Shown here piece by piece: positions 38,634-48,786 of a stretch of DNA of 64,000 nt (position 1 is the first letter of the stretch; each line of letters starts with the position of its first letter). The notes beneath the pieces were generated by a model. That model made no database searches, was not told where the DNA came from, and was given only the letters and a program-made list of their open reading frames with translations. This DNA comes from Gemmatimonadota bacterium (GTDB lineage: Bacteria > Gemmatimonadota > Gemmatimonadetes > Palauibacterales > Palauibacteraceae), in NCBI GenBank assembly GCA_039588275.1, contig JBDHAC010000016.1, positions 1 through 64,000 on the forward strand. Reading direction: 5' to 3'. The position numbers and the translations under genes were made by a program.

Positions 38634-40856
38634 ATGAACGAGCCTTCGGTTCGCCCCAGCCCGGGCGGCCCAGCGATGGGGCACGGCTTCGGCACCGCGC
38701 CCGTGTTCCTGGCGAGCATCAGCACGATCCTCGGGGCGATCATGTTCCTGCGGTTCGGCTACGCCGTGGGTCACGTCGGGCTCGGGGGCGCGCTGCTGAT
38801 CGTGCTCCTGGGGCACATGGTCACGATCCCCACCGCCCTCGCCATCGCGGAGATCGCGACCAACCGACGCGTCGAGGGTGGCGGCGAATACTTCATCATC
38901 TCCCGTTCGTTCGGAATCTCCATCGGTGGCACGATCGGGATCGCGCTCTTTCTGTCGCAGGCGCTGTCAGTCGCCTTCTACATGATCGCGTTCGCTGAAT
39001 CGTTCCGGCCCCTGGCAGCGAGCTGGGGCCTCCCGTTCGACCCCCGGACCGTGTCGCTTCCTGGCCTTGCCGCCCTGCTGGCGCTGATGCTGACGCGTGG
39101 GGCTCAGCTCGGAGTGAAGGCTCTCTGGGTCGTGGTCGCAGTCCTCGCGGTATCGCTCGGCTTCTTCGCACTCGGGGGAACGCCGGCGGGCGTCGACGTC
39201 GGTGCGCCCCCGCCGGTGGGATTCCGGCCCGACCCCTTCATCATGGTATTCGCGATCGTGTTCCCGGCCTTCACCGGGATGACCGCCGGGGTCGGTCTGT
39301 CGGGCGATCTTGAAAATCCGCGCCGCTCGATCCCGCTCGGCGTTCTCTCAGCCACGATCACGGGGATGGCCATGTACGTGTTCATCCTCTGGAAGCTCGC
39401 AACCTCCACCTCCCAGGAAATGCTGGTCACAGACCAGCTGGTGATGAGCCGGATCGCCATATGGGGACCGATCATCCCGATCGGACTCGCGTGCGCGACC
39501 CTCTCTTCGGCGATCGGGTCCATCCTGGTGGCGCCGCGCACACTGCAGGCCCTCGCCGCCGATCGGGTCGTCGTCGTGCCCGGCGTCACCGAGTTCCTGG
39601 CCGCCGGCAGGGGAAAAGAGAACGAACCCCGAAACGGGACCATCGTTACGGCGGCCCTCGCGTTCGCGATCGCCGTGTTCGGCAACGTCGACTTCGTAGC
39701 CCGGCTCATATCGATGTTCTTCATGGTCACGTACGGCTCGCTGTGCGCGATCAGCTTCCTGGAGCACTTTGCGGCGCGTCCGAGTTATCGTCCGAGCTTC
39801 CGCTCGAAGTGGTACGTGAGCCTGTTCGGCGCGATCGTATGCGTCCTCCTCATGTTTCAGATGGATCCGCTCTACGCGATCCTGGCCATCGTCGTCATGA
39901 CCGGGGTCTACTACCTGATCCAGCGCAAGCAGGAATACGCGAACGATCTGTCGACCATCTTCTTCAGCGTCATGACACAGGCGACGCGCAACCTGCAGAT
40001 CCGGTTGCAGAAGATGCCGCTGGCGGACTGGCGGCCCAGCGTGGTCATGATTACCGGGCGGACCTTCGACCGCTCGGCTCCGAAGCAGCTCCTCAAGTGG
40101 CTTTGCTACCGCTACGGGTTCGGAACCTATTTGCACTACATCCGGGGTTTGCTCAACGCGGAGACCTATGCGCAGAGCCGCGACGTCCTGGGCCGCATGA
40201 TTCGCGAGACGGAGCAAGCCGAAAGCGGCATCTACGTCGATACGATGATCAGCCCCTCCATGCGGTCGGCTCTAGCTCAAACGCTGCAGGCACCGGGCGT
40301 GAGCGGAATGGAGAACAATACGATCGCATTCGAATTCTCCGTCCATGACGGCGTAGAGGTGTTGGAGGAGGTCCAGGAGGGAATCCTGCTGGCGACCACC
40401 GCTCGCATGAACAGCATCGTGTTACGACACGGCGACCATCATTTCGGGAACCGAGCCGAGATCCACGTGTGGCTCATGTGGCATGATTACATGAACGCGA
40501 ACCTGATGGTGCTCCTGGCCTACATCATCCTCGGCCACCCCGACTGGCGGCGGGCGGAGCTCAGCATCTTTGCGGCCTACCCCGACCGTGAAGTCGCGGA
40601 GCGCCGCGCTCAGCTGCGTGAGATGATACTGGCTGGGCGCATCCCGGTGGCGGAGAAGAACGTCCGCATTATCCCGACGAGCGCACAGACCGACGTCGGG
40701 AGACTCGTGGAAGCCCAGTCGGCCGGAGCCGACCTCGTGTTGCTCGGCTTCACCGATGAGAGACTGCGGCACCGGGGGCTGGAGCTTCTGCAGCGCTATC
40801 CCGGGCTGAAGGAAACGCTATGGGTCGCGGCGGCAGAGACGATCGAGATGGAGTAG
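38634..40856 (+). CDS. APC-superfamily permease, cation-chloride cotransporter (SLC12)-like
   Basis: TILGAIMFLR, GGGEYFIISRSFG, FPAFTGMTAG..SGDL, WRPS, large cytosolic C-terminal domain. Confidence 0.85.
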   Translation: MNEPSVRPSPGGPAMGHGFGTAPVFLASISTILGAIMFLRFGYAVGHVGLGGALLIVLLGHMVTIPTALAIAEIATNRRVEGGGEYFIISRSFGISIGGTIGIALFLSQALSVAFYMIAFAESFRPLAASWGLPFDPRTVSLPGLAALLALMLTRGAQLGVKALWVVVAVLAVSLGFFALGGTPAGVDVGAPPPVGFRPDPFIMVFAIVFPAFTGMTAGVGLSGDLENPRRSIPLGVLSATITGMAMYVFILWKLATSTSQEMLVTDQLVMSRIAIWGPIIPIGLACATLSSAIGSILVAPRTLQALAADRVVVVPGVTEFLAAGRGKENEPRNGTIVTAALAFAIAVFGNVDFVARLISMFFMVTYGSLCAISFLEHFAARPSYRPSFRSKWYVSLFGAIVCVLLMFQMDPLYAILAIVVMTGVYYLIQRKQEYANDLSTIFFSVMTQATRNLQIRLQKMPLADWRPSVVMITGRTFDRSAPKQLLKWLCYRYGFGTYLHYIRGLLNAETYAQSRDVLGRMIRETEQAESGIYVDTMISPSMRSALAQTLQAPGVSGMENNTIAFEFSVHDGVEVLEEVQEGILLATTARMNSIVLRHGDHHFGNRAEIHVWLMWHDYMNANLMVLLAYIILGHPDWRRAELSIFAAYPDREVAERRAQLREMILAGRIPVAEKNVRIIPTSAQTDVGRLVEAQSAGADLVLLGFTDERLRHRGLELLQRYPGLKETLWVAAAETIEME

Positions 40857-40890
40857 AGTCGCTACGGAGAACCTGAGTCGGAGATCCTGA

Positions 40891-42192
40891 ATGGAATTCA
40901 CCAGAGCCGTCCTGCCCGGCTTGATCTGGATCGCAGCCGCGATGCTCGTCATGCTCGCGCGGGCGCTCATGCGCCGAAGCGGCGTGCCGCACAGCCGGGC
41001 GCGGCTGCTGCTTGGCGGGATGTGGGTCGTGGGGCTGATCGCGGTGATAGCGGCGGTCCCCGGTCCGGCCCGAGACACCCTGGTGGGCTCTGCGCGGGCC
41101 TTCGTGCGGCCGGTGCTGGTCGCCGTGATCTTCGTCGCTCTCCTCATGGGGGTGCGGAGGCCGCTGGAGCGGTGGAGCCGACGCCGGTATCAATACAACC
41201 TCCTCTTCGCCGGCCTCGGCTTCGCGGGCTTGATCGCCGTCATCCTGGCGATCCCCCCGCCGGCCGAGGGCGGGACCGACATCCGTCCCGACCTTCTCAC
41301 GTTCACCGGGATCATCCTGGGCGCCGCCGTCACGCTGGCCTCCACGACGCTCGTCGCGAACGCGATGGCGGGGTTCATGCTCCGCGTGATCCGAGGCTTC
41401 AACTTCGGCGACTATCTTCGGGTGGGAGAGTACTTCGGGAAGGTCTCGGAGCGCGGGATCTTCCACATCGAGATCCAGACAGAGTCCAGCGATCTCGTCA
41501 CTCTGCCAAACGTGTACCTCGTGCAGAATCCGGTGACCGTGATCGGGTCGCCGGATCCGGACGGAAGGGGCTCGTGCACCTGGGTCTCGGCCGACGTCTC
41601 GCTCGGGTACGATGTCGACCGCACGAGGGTCGCCGAGTTGCTCAAAGCGGCGGCTGACAACGCCGAGCTCGAGTCGCCCTGGGTCCGAATCATGGAGCTG
41701 GGCGACTTCTCGGTCACCTACCGGGTCACGGCCAAGCTGCCCGATGTGAAGGGGCCCAGCGCCGCGAACTCCAAGCGGATACTCACCGCGCCGGCTCAGC
41801 TTCGCGCCGAGATGATGGATGCCCTGCACGAGGGCGATGTCGAGATCGTCTCGCCGACCTTCATGAACACCCGGGCCTACCCCCAGGGGACGAGGTTCAT
41901 GTCGAAGACCACCCGGCCGATGGCCGCCGCAGCGCCTTCGGACGCTGATGAGGTGGATCCGGACGTGTTCGCCAAGGCGGACAAGGTCGAGCAGATCGAG
42001 CTGGAACGGGAGGAGCTCACGAGCGAGATCGAGGCGGTGAAGGAACGTGTGAAGGAGGCGGAGGACGACGGGCACGCCAAGCAGGAGGCGGAGCAGACCC
42101 TCGGTGAGCTCGAGACCAAGGCGAAGGAGCTGGATGAGAAGCTCGAGGATCCCGATTCGGTCGTGGACCCCGATTCGGACTTGGAGGATTGA
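40891..42192 (+). CDS. MscS-family protein with acidic coiled-coil C-terminus
   Basis: ANAMAG..FNFGDYLRVG..GKVSERG..VTLPN, EIVSP. Confidence 0.8.
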   Translation: MEFTRAVLPGLIWIAAAMLVMLARALMRRSGVPHSRARLLLGGMWVVGLIAVIAAVPGPARDTLVGSARAFVRPVLVAVIFVALLMGVRRPLERWSRRRYQYNLLFAGLGFAGLIAVILAIPPPAEGGTDIRPDLLTFTGIILGAAVTLASTTLVANAMAGFMLRVIRGFNFGDYLRVGEYFGKVSERGIFHIEIQTESSDLVTLPNVYLVQNPVTVIGSPDPDGRGSCTWVSADVSLGYDVDRTRVAELLKAAADNAELESPWVRIMELGDFSVTYRVTAKLPDVKGPSAANSKRILTAPAQLRAEMMDALHEGDVEIVSPTFMNTRAYPQGTRFMSKTTRPMAAAAPSDADEVDPDVFAKADKVEQIELEREELTSEIEAVKERVKEAEDDGHAKQEAEQTLGELETKAKELDEKLEDPDSVVDPDSDLED

Positions 42193-42435
42193 GCAAGACG
42201 GGTACCGGTAAGACTCCGCACTCGCCGGGAACTCCTCGACTCCTGAGTCCACGAAGCCACTGAGGTGGCGGCGCGGCACACTGCGGCTCGGTATTCTGTG
42301 GGCAGGAATGCCTAAGATTCGCTATATTATGAAGATAAGCTCTTGGAAGAGGCGATGAGGGGTGCATCGGTGGCAGAACGACCGGCACGTGTGACTCGCG
42401 CCATTCGAACGACCATTTGAGACGCGAGCGAACCG

Positions 42436-43569
42436 ATGCCCGGCTACTCGATACTTGCCGAACCCTGGTGGGTCCCCGTCCTGTTCGTGGTCGTGATGGG
42501 CCACATCACGAACATCTGCAACACCCTCTACCTGCACAGATGCGCCACACACGGTGGCGTGAAGTTTCACCCGGTGGTCGAGCACGCGATGCGGTTCTGG
42601 CTGTGGCTGACCTCCGGGATCGTGACCAAGGAGTGGGTGGCCGTGCACCGTAAGCATCACGCCCACGCCGACCGCGAGGGCGATCCCCACTCACCCGCGG
42701 TTGTCGGACTACCCGGGATTCTGTTCGCAGGGCTCTTCTTTTATCAGAAGGCCGCGAACGACCCGGAGACGCTGGAGAAATACGGCAAGGGGTGCCCCGA
42801 CGATTGGGTGGAGCGGAAGATCTACACGGGCCAGCGGTCGAGGGGCATCCAGCTCATGCTGCTGCTCGATCTCTTCCTGTTCGGAGTCGTCACCGGTCTC
42901 ATCGTATGGGTCGCCATGGTGATCTGGGTCCCGATCATGGGGAACATCATCAACGGGTTGGGGCACGCCGCCGGATACCGGAACTTCGCGACTCGGGATG
43001 AGAGCCATAACCTCTACCCCTGGGGGATCTGGATCCTCGGGGAGGAGCTCCACAACAACCACCATGCCGACCCGCGTTCGGCCAAGTTCAAGGCCCGGTG
43101 GTGGGAATTCGACATCGGCTGGATGTACATCCGGATTCTGTCCGCGCTGCGGCTCGCCAAGGTCGTATACGCGCGCACGCTGAACGCGAGGGAGTTCGCC
43201 GCCAAGTACTACACGGACAAAGTCTCTGGACCGGTCCGGGAGCGCCTGGAGCGGGCTACGGAGCGCTTGGAGCACGCCAAGGCCGGCTTCGAACGCGCGA
43301 AGGTCGAGGCGAAGGCACGGATCCGGCGGACGAAGGAGGAAGCCAAGCTCGAGGTGCAGCAAGCGCGCCGGGAGGCGAGGGCCAAAGCCGGCCGGTTCCG
43401 CTCCGAAGCCAGGGCCGAGCTCGCGCAAAAGCGCATCCGGGCCAGGGCCAGGATCGCCCGGGCCCGAGAAGAGGCAGGCGCCGAGCTGCGCGCCGCCCGC
43501 TCCCGGCTTGATAAGGCACGCGCGGATGCGCGCGCGACCTTCAAGGCCCTCGAGCCGCTCTCCGACTAG
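42436..43569 (+). CDS. Membrane fatty-acid (delta-9-like) desaturase with C-terminal helical extension
   Basis: His boxes HRCATH, HRKHH, HNNHH; GDPHSP; WEFDIGW. Confidence 0.92.
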   Translation: MPGYSILAEPWWVPVLFVVVMGHITNICNTLYLHRCATHGGVKFHPVVEHAMRFWLWLTSGIVTKEWVAVHRKHHAHADREGDPHSPAVVGLPGILFAGLFFYQKAANDPETLEKYGKGCPDDWVERKIYTGQRSRGIQLMLLLDLFLFGVVTGLIVWVAMVIWVPIMGNIINGLGHAAGYRNFATRDESHNLYPWGIWILGEELHNNHHADPRSAKFKARWWEFDIGWMYIRILSALRLAKVVYARTLNAREFAAKYYTDKVSGPVRERLERATERLEHAKAGFERAKVEAKARIRRTKEEAKLEVQQARREARAKAGRFRSEARAELAQKRIRARARIARAREEAGAELRAARSRLDKARADARATFKALEPLSD

Positions 43570-43584
43570 GCTCCGGCTGTCGGC

Positions 43585-44565
43585 TCAGCCCTCCTGCTCG
43601 TCCGAGTCGGGCGCCTCGGCCTCGAGCCGTTCGAAGGCTTCGACCTCCTCGGCCGTGGGCAGCGACGGCTGGGCACCGGCCCGCGTCACGGTAAGCGCCG
43701 CGACCCGGGTCGCGTAGCGGGCGGCGTAGACCACCGATTCACCTCTACCCAGACCGACGGCCAGGGCAGCGCTGAAGGCGTCACCAGCAGCCGTCGAATC
43801 GACGGACTGGACGCGGACCCCCGGCAAGTGCGTCTGCTCCTCCGCCCCTTCCACCAGGGCGCCGTTCTCACCCAGAGTGACGACTACGTCCGTTGGCCCC
43901 GCGGCTCGCAGGGCTCTCGCGGCGACGCGGGCTTCCTCCACTCCCCCGACCGGTCGTCCTGCCAGCATCGCAGCCTCGCCCTGATTGGGGGTCAGTACGT
44001 CGACGGCCGCGAGGAGCTCGGAGTCGAGCGGGCTGGCGGGGGCCGGGTTCAGGATGACGCGGGCTCCCGCGTCCCGCGCCATGCAGGCGGTGTAGCGGAC
44101 CACGTTCAGAGGGATCTCGAGCTGGAGCAGAAGCACGTCCGCCTCCCGAATCGCGTCGGCGGCACGATCGACCTGGCGCTCATCCAGACGAGCGTTGGCG
44201 CCCGGGGCGACGGCGATCGCGTTCTCGCCGGCGTCGTTCACCACGATGAACGCAACACCGGACGCGGCCTCCGCATCGCGCTCTACCAGCCGTACGTCGA
44301 TCATCTCGCGCTCGAGGGCCTGCACCGCCGCGTCACCGAAATTATCCGTCCCCACGCGGCCCACGAACGTCACGCTCGCCCCGAGACGCGCGGCGGCCAC
44401 CGCCTGATTCGCACCCTTGCCGCCCGCCGCCGTCATGAAGGAGGTGCCGAGAACCGTCTCGCCAGGGGCCGGAATGGCGGGTGCGCGGACCACCAGGTCC
44501 GTGTTCGAGCTTCCGACGACCACGATCCGGAGTCGATCGGCCCCGGCGCTCTCCGACGCACTCAT
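43585..44565 (-). CDS. rbsK: Ribokinase
   Basis: GGKGANQAVAAARLG, LLQLEIP, LNPAPA, DSTAAGDAF. Confidence 0.93.
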   Translation of the reverse strand: MSASESAGADRLRIVVVGSSNTDLVVRAPAIPAPGETVLGTSFMTAAGGKGANQAVAAARLGASVTFVGRVGTDNFGDAAVQALEREMIDVRLVERDAEAASGVAFIVVNDAGENAIAVAPGANARLDERQVDRAADAIREADVLLLQLEIPLNVVRYTACMARDAGARVILNPAPASPLDSELLAAVDVLTPNQGEAAMLAGRPVGGVEEARVAARALRAAGPTDVVVTLGENGALVEGAEEQTHLPGVRVQSVDSTAAGDAFSAALAVGLGRGESVVYAARYATRVAALTVTRAGAQPSLPTAEEVEAFERLEAEAPDSDEQEG

Positions 44566-45578
44566 CGGGCTTCTGCTCCGTAGGCTCCGGCCTCGGTGCC
44601 AGTCTTCGTATCGGCCCGGAGAACCGAGTACAGCATCTCCTTGAAGGCCGGCACATCGATCTCCCAGCAGATCGTCGCGTTCGGAGCACGCGCCGCCAGC
44701 GCCCCCCACACCGGCTCGTTGTGGGGCTCATCGGCCACATCCAGCTGGTCGACCACCGTCATGCCGCGCGTGAGCGGGCTCTCGGTCTCCACCTGGACCC
44801 GGTGCGCGCTCCGGCGGGTGCAGATCGAAGAGTCCAGCGCGATCGCCATCGCGACCGGATCGGGCAATCCGAGCCCCGGATCACCGGACTGCCGACGGTT
44901 CGCCTCCACCGCGGTCGAATTGCAGTCAATGGCGAAGTGGGCCAGCGGTGTGTCGAAGCCCTTCACGTTGGCCATCTCGTCGTCGGTCAGGTTGGCTTCG
45001 CCTCTGCACAACTCCCACCCCACCATCTCGATCGGCAGACCTGACTCGAACACGATGCGAGCGGCTTCCGGGTCTACCCAGAGGTTGAATTCGGCCGCGG
45101 GCGTGATGTTGCCGATGGTGCAGGCCGCCCCGCCCATGATCACGCAGCGGCTCACTCGCTCGGTGACCGCGGGCTCGCGCTGCAGGGCGAGTGCGACGTT
45201 GGTGAGCGGACCCAGGGTCACGAGCACGATGCCGGGGTTCGCCTCGATGGTGGCGATCAACGCGTCGGTGGCGACTCCGTCCGCCGGTGCGATTTGCGGA
45301 GCGGGGTACCCGCGGTCGCCGAGACCGTCCACGCCGTGAAAGAACTCGGCGGTCTCCAGCTCTCGCGCCAGCGGTTTGGGCGCCCCGACGTGCACGGGGA
45401 CATCGGTCCCGCACAGCTCGACCGTGTACAGCGCGTTCCGCACCGCCTGTTCGAGCGGCACGTTGCCGGCCACCACCGTGATGCCCTCCACGCTGACGTG
45501 GGGTGAACGGAGCGCCATGATGAGCGCGACGGCGTCATCCGACGCGGTATCCGTGTCGATCAGGATCGGCGCAGGCAT
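44562..45578 (-). CDS. Inosine/uridine-preferring nucleoside hydrolase
   Basis: IDTDTASDDAVA, HGVDGLG, LGPLTN, AEFNLWVDPEAA. Confidence 0.93.
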   Translation of the reverse strand: MPAPILIDTDTASDDAVALIMALRSPHVSVEGITVVAGNVPLEQAVRNALYTVELCGTDVPVHVGAPKPLARELETAEFFHGVDGLGDRGYPAPQIAPADGVATDALIATIEANPGIVLVTLGPLTNVALALQREPAVTERVSRCVIMGGAACTIGNITPAAEFNLWVDPEAARIVFESGLPIEMVGWELCRGEANLTDDEMANVKGFDTPLAHFAIDCNSTAVEANRRQSGDPGLGLPDPVAMAIALDSSICTRRSAHRVQVETESPLTRGMTVVDQLDVADEPHNEPVWGALAARAPNATICWEIDVPAFKEMLYSVLRADTKTGTEAGAYGAEAR

Positions 45579-45654
45579 TGTCCCGTTGTTTCGGCCTCAG
45601 GGCCCCCTTCGGTACCGTCGGCCCCTGTGGCGGCTGACCGCTCCCCCGGCCTTG

Positions 45655-45717
45655 CAGCTACGTCTCGTGGCGGCCTGACAGCTACGTCTCGTGGCGGCCT
45701 GACAGCTACGTCTCGTG
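45655..45717. repeat. 24-bp tandem repeat (2.6 copies) containing the ketosynthase stop codon
   Basis: cagctacgtctcgtggcggcctga twice, plus cagctacgtctcgtg. Confidence 0.9.
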
Positions 45718-46953
45718 ACGACGGAGCAGCAACGAGGCGTTGATGCCGCCGAATCCGAACGAGTTGGTGAGGGCGTACTCCGCCTGAAAGGCCTCGCCCC
45801 CCTCAGGCACGAACCGAAGATCACATCCCTCACCTGGTGACACGAGGTTCAGCGAAGGCGGCAGCCAATCCTGGTCGAGGGCGAGGAAGACGATCGCCGC
45901 CTCGATCGCGCCGGATGCCCCGAGCGCGTGTCCGTAGTACGCCTTCGTGCCGCTCACGCGCAGCTCCGGAGCGCGGTCCTCGAACACGGAGCGAATCGCC
46001 CCCGCCTCGGTGGAGTCGTTCAGCGGCGTCGACGAGCCATGAGCGTTCACGTAATCCACCGGGGACGTGCCGACGGCGGCGTCGTCGAGGGCCAGCCGCA
46101 TGGCGCGCGCCGCCTGCTGGCCACCCGGCAACGGCGCGGTCATGTGGTACGCGTCGCTCGTGGTCCCGAACCCGCACACCTCGCCGTAGATGCGGGCGTC
46201 GCGCTGGAGCGCTCGCCCGAGCTCCTCGAGGACCAGGACGCACGCGCCCTCACCCATGACGAAGCCGTCCCGCCCCTCGTCGAACGGTCGACAGGCTCGA
46301 TCCGGTTCCTCGTTGTGCGTGGACATCGCCCGGATCACCGCGAAGGCTCCGAACGTCAGCGGTGCGATAGGCGCCTCGCTGCCGCCGCAGATGGCTACGT
46401 CCGCCCCACCAGAACGAATCAGCTGGAAACCGTGACCGATCGCCAGCGCTCCGGACGCACAACTCATCGCATTGGTGGAATTCGGTCCGGTGAAGCCGTA
46501 CTCGATCGCGATGTTGCAGCTGGCGGCGCCCCCGTACACCGAAAGGGCCAGGGTGGGGTTGATCCCGCGCAGGCCGCTCGTGACGAACTTGCCGTGCTGC
46601 TCCTCGGCGTATCCGATGCCGCCGAGCGCGCTCCCCATCTGGACCGCGACCCGGTCCGAATCGGGCTCCGCCGGATCCAGGCCGGCATCCTCGAGCGCCA
46701 TCGAGCACGAGGAGAGAGCCAGGGCGCTGTACCGGTCGACCCGACGCGCGCGCTTCACCCCGAGACGGGCCTCGGGCTGAAAACCCGCAATCTCGGCGGC
46801 GATCCGCGTGCGATACGCCGAGGCGTCGAAGCGGGCCACCGGACCCACGCCCGAGCGCTCCTCCCGCAAGCCCTTCCACAGGCCGGCGACCCCCTCGCCG
46901 ACCGGGGTGACACAGCCGATCCCGGTCACGGCGACGCGCCTACCCCCGCTCAC
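45706..46953 (-). CDS. Beta-ketoacyl-ACP synthase (FabF/type II PKS KS-like)
   Basis: VAVTGIG, MSCASG (Cys), NAHGSST and GHALGASG (His, His), NSFGFGG; GTG start overlaps the cyclase stop. Confidence 0.92.
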   Translation of the reverse strand: MSGGRRVAVTGIGCVTPVGEGVAGLWKGLREERSGVGPVARFDASAYRTRIAAEIAGFQPEARLGVKRARRVDRYSALALSSCSMALEDAGLDPAEPDSDRVAVQMGSALGGIGYAEEQHGKFVTSGLRGINPTLALSVYGGAASCNIAIEYGFTGPNSTNAMSCASGALAIGHGFQLIRSGGADVAICGGSEAPIAPLTFGAFAVIRAMSTHNEEPDRACRPFDEGRDGFVMGEGACVLVLEELGRALQRDARIYGEVCGFGTTSDAYHMTAPLPGGQQAARAMRLALDDAAVGTSPVDYVNAHGSSTPLNDSTEAGAIRSVFEDRAPELRVSGTKAYYGHALGASGAIEAAIVFLALDQDWLPPSLNLVSPGEGCDLRFVPEGGEAFQAEYALTNSFGFGGINASLLLRRHET

Positions 46954-47459
46954 GGGCGTACCCCCGGAGTCAGCCGCTCGCCGTCGTGCCCATTCCTCGC
47001 CTCGACGGCCCGCTTGATGCCGGCGAGCGTGCGCCCCGCCACCACGTGGATGAACCGAGGTCCGATCACAGCACGTGCGGCAAAGGCGCCGATCAGAGGC
47101 CACCGGGGTCCATCCCATTCGTGCAGGATCGTGATGTGTGTTCCTCCCCCGCGCTCCTCGAGCTTCCACAGGACGTCCATGCGGGTCGTGATCCCGTCCA
47201 CGTGCCGATACCGGACCTCGGCCTCGTCGAGATGCGTGACCATCTCCGACTCCCACCAGATCGGATAGGGGAGTCGGCCGAAGTGACGGTACGCCTCCAT
47301 GCGCACGCGCCCCCGGCCTGGCCCGTCCTTGCGGGTGAAGAACACCCGCCGGTAGTGCGGTAGGATCACCGGCCAGGACTCCACGTCCGAGGCGGCGCGC
47401 ACGCAGTCTCCCAGCGGCGCGTGGACAAGGACCTCGTTGTGGGTTCGCATGAGCGGCAT
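46950..47459 (-). CDS. SRPBCC/START-fold polyketide cyclase/aromatase-like protein
   Basis: RTHNEVLVHAP..DVESWP..Y resembles the N-terminus of TcmN-type cyclases. Confidence 0.8.
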   Translation of the reverse strand: MPLMRTHNEVLVHAPLGDCVRAASDVESWPVILPHYRRVFFTRKDGPGRGRVRMEAYRHFGRLPYPIWWESEMVTHLDEAEVRYRHVDGITTRMDVLWKLEERGGGTHITILHEWDGPRWPLIGAFAARAVIGPRFIHVVAGRTLAGIKRAVEARNGHDGERLTPGVRP

Positions 47460-47496
47460 GTGCGCTCTCTCGTCTTTCTCGTCTGGTCGGTCGCCG

Positions 47497-48786
47497 TCAG
47501 GTCTGTGCGTACGCCTCAGGCCCGGCGGGGGTGCCCGTCCGCCCCTCCCCGGATGAGCTCCGTAGGGCGTTCAACCAGGCCTTGGGCCGGGTCAGGGTGG
47601 ACGGGGGGAGGCGATCCCCGGCGACATCCACCAGCAACGACGCCAGGCCATCGTACGCCGCCAGGACGCGCGCACTCCCGCCCATCACGCGGGGGCGGGC
47701 GATCACGGCGTCGATCAACCGCTGGACGCGTCGCGACGGGACGAGTGAGCGGTCCACATCTCGTTCGTAGCGTGTCAGCCACCCTGCCTCGAGCTCGGGC
47801 GACTCCAGAATGCCCAGGATCGCCGCCGCGGCCAGGCGCGCTCCGTCAAGCGCGCGGAAGATCCCCTGTCCCGTGAACGGATCGAAGTAACCGGCGGCAT
47901 CGCCTACCAGCAACGCCCCCGGGGCGGTCCGCCGGATCGGCGTCACCTCGAAGGGGCCCGTCACCTCCGGGTTACCGACGAGGCTGGCTCCCTCGATCAG
48001 CGCTCGCGCACCGTACCGGCCGATCGCGCCGTCGAAGAACCCCTCCCGATCCCGTGCGATGGCGGGCGCGCTGAGAGCGGGCAACACGAGCGTGATGTTG
48101 CAGCGTCGGCCGCCGATGGGAGCGTACCCGAGAACGCCATCGCCCGAGATTCGGAGCTCGCCCAGAGGCGCGTTCACGGGGGCGTCGGCGAAGCGACCCA
48201 CCAGCGCAAGCCGGCGGCGGGGTCCTAGCCGAACGCCACCCAGCAGCCGTGCCACCCGCGAGCGGAGTCCGTCCGCGCCCACGATCACGGACGCGGTGTG
48301 CCTCTCTACCTCGCCGTCGGGTCCCCGGGCGCGCACGCCCGTCACCCTGCCGTCCCGTTCAAGCAGGCCGAAGACCCGTCTTCGCGGCAGGAACCCGGCG
48401 CCGGCCTCACGAGCGGCACCGAGCAGCAGGGCGTCGAATTCAGCGCGCGCGATCGCGAACCCATGGGCCGGCGTCTCCTCTTCGGGAACGGCGTAACGAC
48501 CCTCGAACCAGGTGCCGTCTGGTGCCCGTATTCGCCACCCCGAGATCTCGGCGGCTCCGGCCGCGCGCACCGCGCCCGACACCCCCATCTCCTCCAGGAT
48601 GGGTGTTGCGCCGGGGCTGATCGTGTCCCCACACGGCTTGGAGCGCGGAAAGTCTCGTGCGTCGAGCATGCGGGTCGCGATGCCCGAGCTGGCGAGCCGC
48701 CAGGCCAGCGAGCTTCCCGCCGGTCCGGCGCCGACGATCAGCACGTCCGGTCGGTCGAGGGGCGCTCCGGTCGCCGGCAGTATCAC
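47497..48786 (-). CDS. FAD-dependent oxidoreductase (geranylgeranyl reductase-like)
   Basis: DVLIVGAGPAG, FPRSKPCGD, GADGLRS, LVGDAAGYFDPFTGQGI. Confidence 0.88.
   Translation of the reverse strand: MILPATGAPLDRPDVLIVGAGPAGSSLAWRLASSGIATRMLDARDFPRSKPCGDTISPGATPILEEMGVSGAVRAAGAAEISGWRIRAPDGTWFEGRYAVPEEETPAHGFAIARAEFDALLLGAAREAGAGFLPRRRVFGLLERDGRVTGVRARGPDGEVERHTASVIVGADGLRSRVARLLGGVRLGPRRRLALVGRFADAPVNAPLGELRISGDGVLGYAPIGGRRCNITLVLPALSAPAIARDREGFFDGAIGRYGARALIEGASLVGNPEVTGPFEVTPIRRTAPGALLVGDAAGYFDPFTGQGIFRALDGARLAAAAILGILESPELEAGWLTRYERDVDRSLVPSRRVQRLIDAVIARPRVMGGSARVLAAYDGLASLLVDVAGDRLPPSTLTRPKAWLNALRSSSGEGRTGTPAGPEAYAQT

Noticed and set aside
42305..42350. AT-rich patch upstream of the desaturase as a specific regulator site
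   Set aside because: Probably promoter DNA, but I could not define a convincing palindrome or -35/-10 pair
45655..45717. Possible mini-CRISPR array (also considered 3779-3855 and 49664-49701)
   Set aside because: Repeats are contiguous with no unique spacers, and no cas genes are present
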